DNA of 20,000 nt from positions 108,873 to 128,872 of IMG/VR virus record IMGVR_UViG_3300016472_000848. One strand, written 5' to 3'. A model generated the notes under the pieces. That model made no database searches and was not told the DNA's origin. It saw only the letters and a list, made by a program, of their open reading frames with translations. Below, piece by piece: positions 17,699-20,000 of the stretch; position 1 is the first letter of the stretch; every line of letters begins with the position of its first letter. This DNA is from an uncultured virus (IMG/VR IMGVR_UViG_3300016472_000848). Taxonomy: Duplodnaviria; Heunggongvirae; Uroviricota; Caudoviricetes. Both the position numbers and the translations under genes were made by a program.

Positions 17699-17764
17699 AC
17701 ATGAACATTTGTTCAATAAACTATTTATAATTTGATATTTAAACTTGCAATTAAGTAAAATTTT

Positions 17765-19219
17765 ATGAATAAAGAACAACACGTTAATCAGATTACAGAA
17801 AATGTCCTTAGAGATTTAATATCTTCAACAAGAAAAAAACATAAAGAATTAACTTCACAAGAAACTGTGGAAGAAATAAAGTATAAAGATACTGACATTT
17901 CTCATTGGCATATTTCTGTTGAAAACGTTACAAAAAAAGGATTAAAATTTTTACAATCAAATACTGATAAAATTTTATCTGAAGAAATAAGAATAAATTT
18001 TGATATAAAGTTGCCAACTGATTTAGAAGTATTATCAAATATTTTTAAAAATTCGGGAAAAGAATTCTATCTAGTAGGTGGTTCCGTAAGAGATGCCTTG
18101 CTAGGAAAAACTCCAAAAGATTTTGACGTAACTACAAACGCTACTCCAGAAGAAATAGAAACTATTTTAAGTCGTTATCCAGAATATAAAATTCTGGAAT
18201 TAGGTCGTGCCTTCGGTATTATAAAAATAATAACCCCAGAGAGAAATGAATATGAAATTGCTACTTTTAGAACCGATATAGGAAAAGGCAGAAGACCTGA
18301 ACGTGTTGAATTTGCAACGATTGAAAAAGATGTTGCCCGTCGTGATTTAACGATGAATGCTCTTTTTTATGATATCTCAAATAAAGAGATTGTTGACTAT
18401 GTAGGCGGTATACAAGACATAGAAAATAAAGTTGTAAAAACCGTAGGTAATGCAAAAGAAAGATTTGATGAAGATAGATTAAGAATATTAAGAGCATTAA
18501 GATTTGCTGCTCGTTTTGGGACTAAATTAGATAAAGAAGCAGATAAAGCAATATCCGATGATAATTCTTTAGAAGGAGTATCAGGCGAAAGAATAAGAGA
18601 TGAATTCTTAAAAGGAATAAAATCTGCAATTAGTCCTATTAGTTTTTATCAACTGATAGAACGTTACAATCTATGGGAGCAAATATTCCCAGGACTGGTT
18701 GTTAACAAAGAATATTCAGAAACAAACGATATCCCAGTAGCTTTAGCACTTTTATTACAAAACAATGATGCAAAAGCTGTGGCGATAAAACTAAATAAAG
18801 CAAAATATACTGTAGATGAAATCAGACAGGTTCAATTTTTACTCGACTTCAAAAACATTTCTCCAGAAACAGCTTTAAAATTGAAAAAAATATATAAGAT
18901 TAGTGGATTAAAAGATTCTTCTCTTGAAGAATTTTCAGATGCAATAGGATTACCAAGCAAAATTACAAATGCATTTATAAATTATAATCCTAGTGTTTCT
19001 AGAGAAGATTTCCCAGAATTATCAGGAAAAGAATTAGGTCTTGCAATAATAAAAAAAGAAAAAGAAAATTTCGAAAAATTAATTTCTGAAAATAAAAGAA
19101 ATTTAGAAAAAATTTTAGAAAATATAAGCATAGTTGATGAAATGGCAATTAGCAGTTTAAAACTGTCGGAAATTGGAACCGTAGATCTTCTTTTGGAGAT
19201 ATTGATAGAAGATTATTGA
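17765..19219 (+). CDS. cca: Class II tRNA nucleotidyltransferase (CCA-adding type) with N- and C-terminal extensions
   Basis: Motifs YLVGGSVRD...KDFDVTT, EIATFRTD, GRRPERV loop, RRDLTMNAL and RFDEDRLRILRALRFAARF. No HD domain and no poly(A)-polymerase GRRF signature. Confidence 0.85.
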   Translation: MNKEQHVNQITENVLRDLISSTRKKHKELTSQETVEEIKYKDTDISHWHISVENVTKKGLKFLQSNTDKILSEEIRINFDIKLPTDLEVLSNIFKNSGKEFYLVGGSVRDALLGKTPKDFDVTTNATPEEIETILSRYPEYKILELGRAFGIIKIITPERNEYEIATFRTDIGKGRRPERVEFATIEKDVARRDLTMNALFYDISNKEIVDYVGGIQDIENKVVKTVGNAKERFDEDRLRILRALRFAARFGTKLDKEADKAISDDNSLEGVSGERIRDEFLKGIKSAISPISFYQLIERYNLWEQIFPGLVVNKEYSETNDIPVALALLLQNNDAKAVAIKLNKAKYTVDEIRQVQFLLDFKNISPETALKLKKIYKISGLKDSSLEEFSDAIGLPSKITNAFINYNPSVSREDFPELSGKELGLAIIKKEKENFEKLISENKRNLEKILENISIVDEMAISSLKLSEIGTVDLLLEILIEDY

Positions 19220-19956
19220 CTTCTCCACGGGCAATAGAAAAGATCAAACGTCAATGGGAAAAAACTCCATTTGATTTTGACATATATCTTGTTAACGATC
19301 CAAGAGTCAATAAGTCTAAATTTAGAGAAATTGGTCTAGTCAACATGGACTTTGGAAGAAAAAAAATGAAACTTACTCCCGAAGAAATTCCGGATCCTGA
19401 TGGCAATACAATAACGATTATATACACCAGCAACACGGGCGCAGAGCGTTATATGGCATCTGGTTGGATACTTGCACATCGTTTGGGACATGCATTTGCA
19501 AGAAACGGTGGAATCCCAGCGGAAAAATGGAATGTTTTTCGTGAAAGTTTACGTAATCGTTTTGCTGCTATTTTAAAAGAAGTTTATGGAATTGATGTTT
19601 ATAGTAAAACATATGATTTTGCAGGAAATGCCGAAAAAGATAAAATATTAAAATATGTAGCTCAAGAGCTTGGCACGATGAAAAGTGCTCGTGATAAAAA
19701 AATGCGTAGTTGGTATGAGTTTGCTTATGAATTATTGGCTCAATATCTTTTAACTGGTAAGATTAAGTTTAATCCATTGCCACAGTCTATCATTACTGGA
19801 ATTGCAGGATGGGGTCGCAAAAAAACAAGATATAGCCAAAACGAAGAAGCCCGACAAGCAATTAACTTAGAAGAATTAGATTCTATTGCTTCAGAAATAG
19901 AAGCAGATTTAGAAATCGTTCTTGGCTCATCTGTTGGTAAAGTTTTTGTGATGTGA
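19153..19956 (+). CDS. Zincin-like hypothetical domain (HRLGH), probably the -1 frame continuation of the cca ORF
   Basis: The frame is open from 19153, 63 nt upstream of the annotated TTG 19216, reading QFKTVGNWNRRSSFGDIDRRLLTSPRAIEK. Contains WILAHRLGHAF and YEFAYELLAQY. Confidence 0.6.
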   Translation, partial: QFKTVGNWNRRSSFGDIDRRLLTSPRAIEKIKRQWEKTPFDFDIYLVNDPRVNKSKFREIGLVNMDFGRKKMKLTPEEIPDPDGNTITIIYTSNTGAERYMASGWILAHRLGHAFARNGGIPAEKWNVFRESLRNRFAAILKEVYGIDVYSKTYDFAGNAEKDKILKYVAQELGTMKSARDKKMRSWYEFAYELLAQYLLTGKIKFNPLPQSIITGIAGWGRKKTRYSQNEEARQAINLEELDSIASEIEADLEIVLGSSVGKVFVM

Positions 19957-20000
19957 TTATTTTATTTTTTCTTCTTTGAGATAAAAATTTATATCTTCAA

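Noticed and set aside
8701..17705. Identical 14-mer TTATTGAACATGAA at 8701 and 17692
   Set aside because: A few 14-nt matches are expected by chance in 20 kb of such AT-rich DNA, and the two contexts differ (a start codon versus a stop codon).
814..17764. tRNA genes, CRISPR arrays or self-splicing introns
   Set aside because: Intergenic gaps are at most about 120 nt, with no cloverleaf or repeat-spacer pattern. All three insertions are in frame with intein termini, so they are not introns.
17765..19219. Poly(A) polymerase (pcnB) call
   Set aside because: It lacks the PAP-specific GRRF signature (has LGRAFG) and keeps the RxD and RRPxxV loop typical of CCA-adding enzymes. CC-only or A-only specificity cannot be excluded without an assay.
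1953..19436. Short antisense or alternate-frame ORFs in the track (e.g. 1953-2156, 8771-9115, 10192-10527, 12319-12675, 13204-13482, 16392-16586, 18267-18497)
   Set aside because: They are nested in or opposite well-supported genes and have no motifs, consistent with shadow ORFs.
1..20000. Stop-codon reassignment, as seen in some large phages
   Set aside because: Recognisable genes are full-length in code 11 and end at TGA or TAA at the expected positions. TAG is rare, and reading through the TAGs at 6084 and 17184 gives nothing meaningful.

Overview
AT-rich, densely coding window that most likely comes from a large tailed bacteriophage. This is inferred from the gene mix of RNR, ThyX, UvsE, a CCA-adding enzyme, an amidase and virion-type proteins, all in the standard genetic code. 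Left to right it contains: a 5'-truncated nrdB; an nrdA without an ATP cone, split by two LAGLIDADG inteins that each sit directly before a catalytic cysteine; an Amidase_2 lysin; a 2H phosphoesterase; a small membrane protein; an actin-fold ATPase resembling haloarchaeal volactin, with a third LAGLIDADG intein in its phosphate-2 motif and a strong terminator after it; an HEXXH protein; a lipoprotein S1 protease; a YGxGTKWC-domain protein; two hypotheticals; thyX; a reverse-strand DAFGRLR-type probable virion protein; a DUF1599-like protein; uvsE; an HNH protein; an M50-like membrane peptidase; and a CCA-type nucleotidyltransferase joined to a zincin-like ORF through a -1 frame junction at T-TTA-AAA. 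The strongest leads are the intein-containing volactin-like phage actin with its possible membrane partner, the cca frameshift or fusion, and a set of enzymes (including two candidate tRNA-repair enzymes) carrying head-protease-type (I/L)xE leaders. Family assignments come from motif recognition only; no searches were run.
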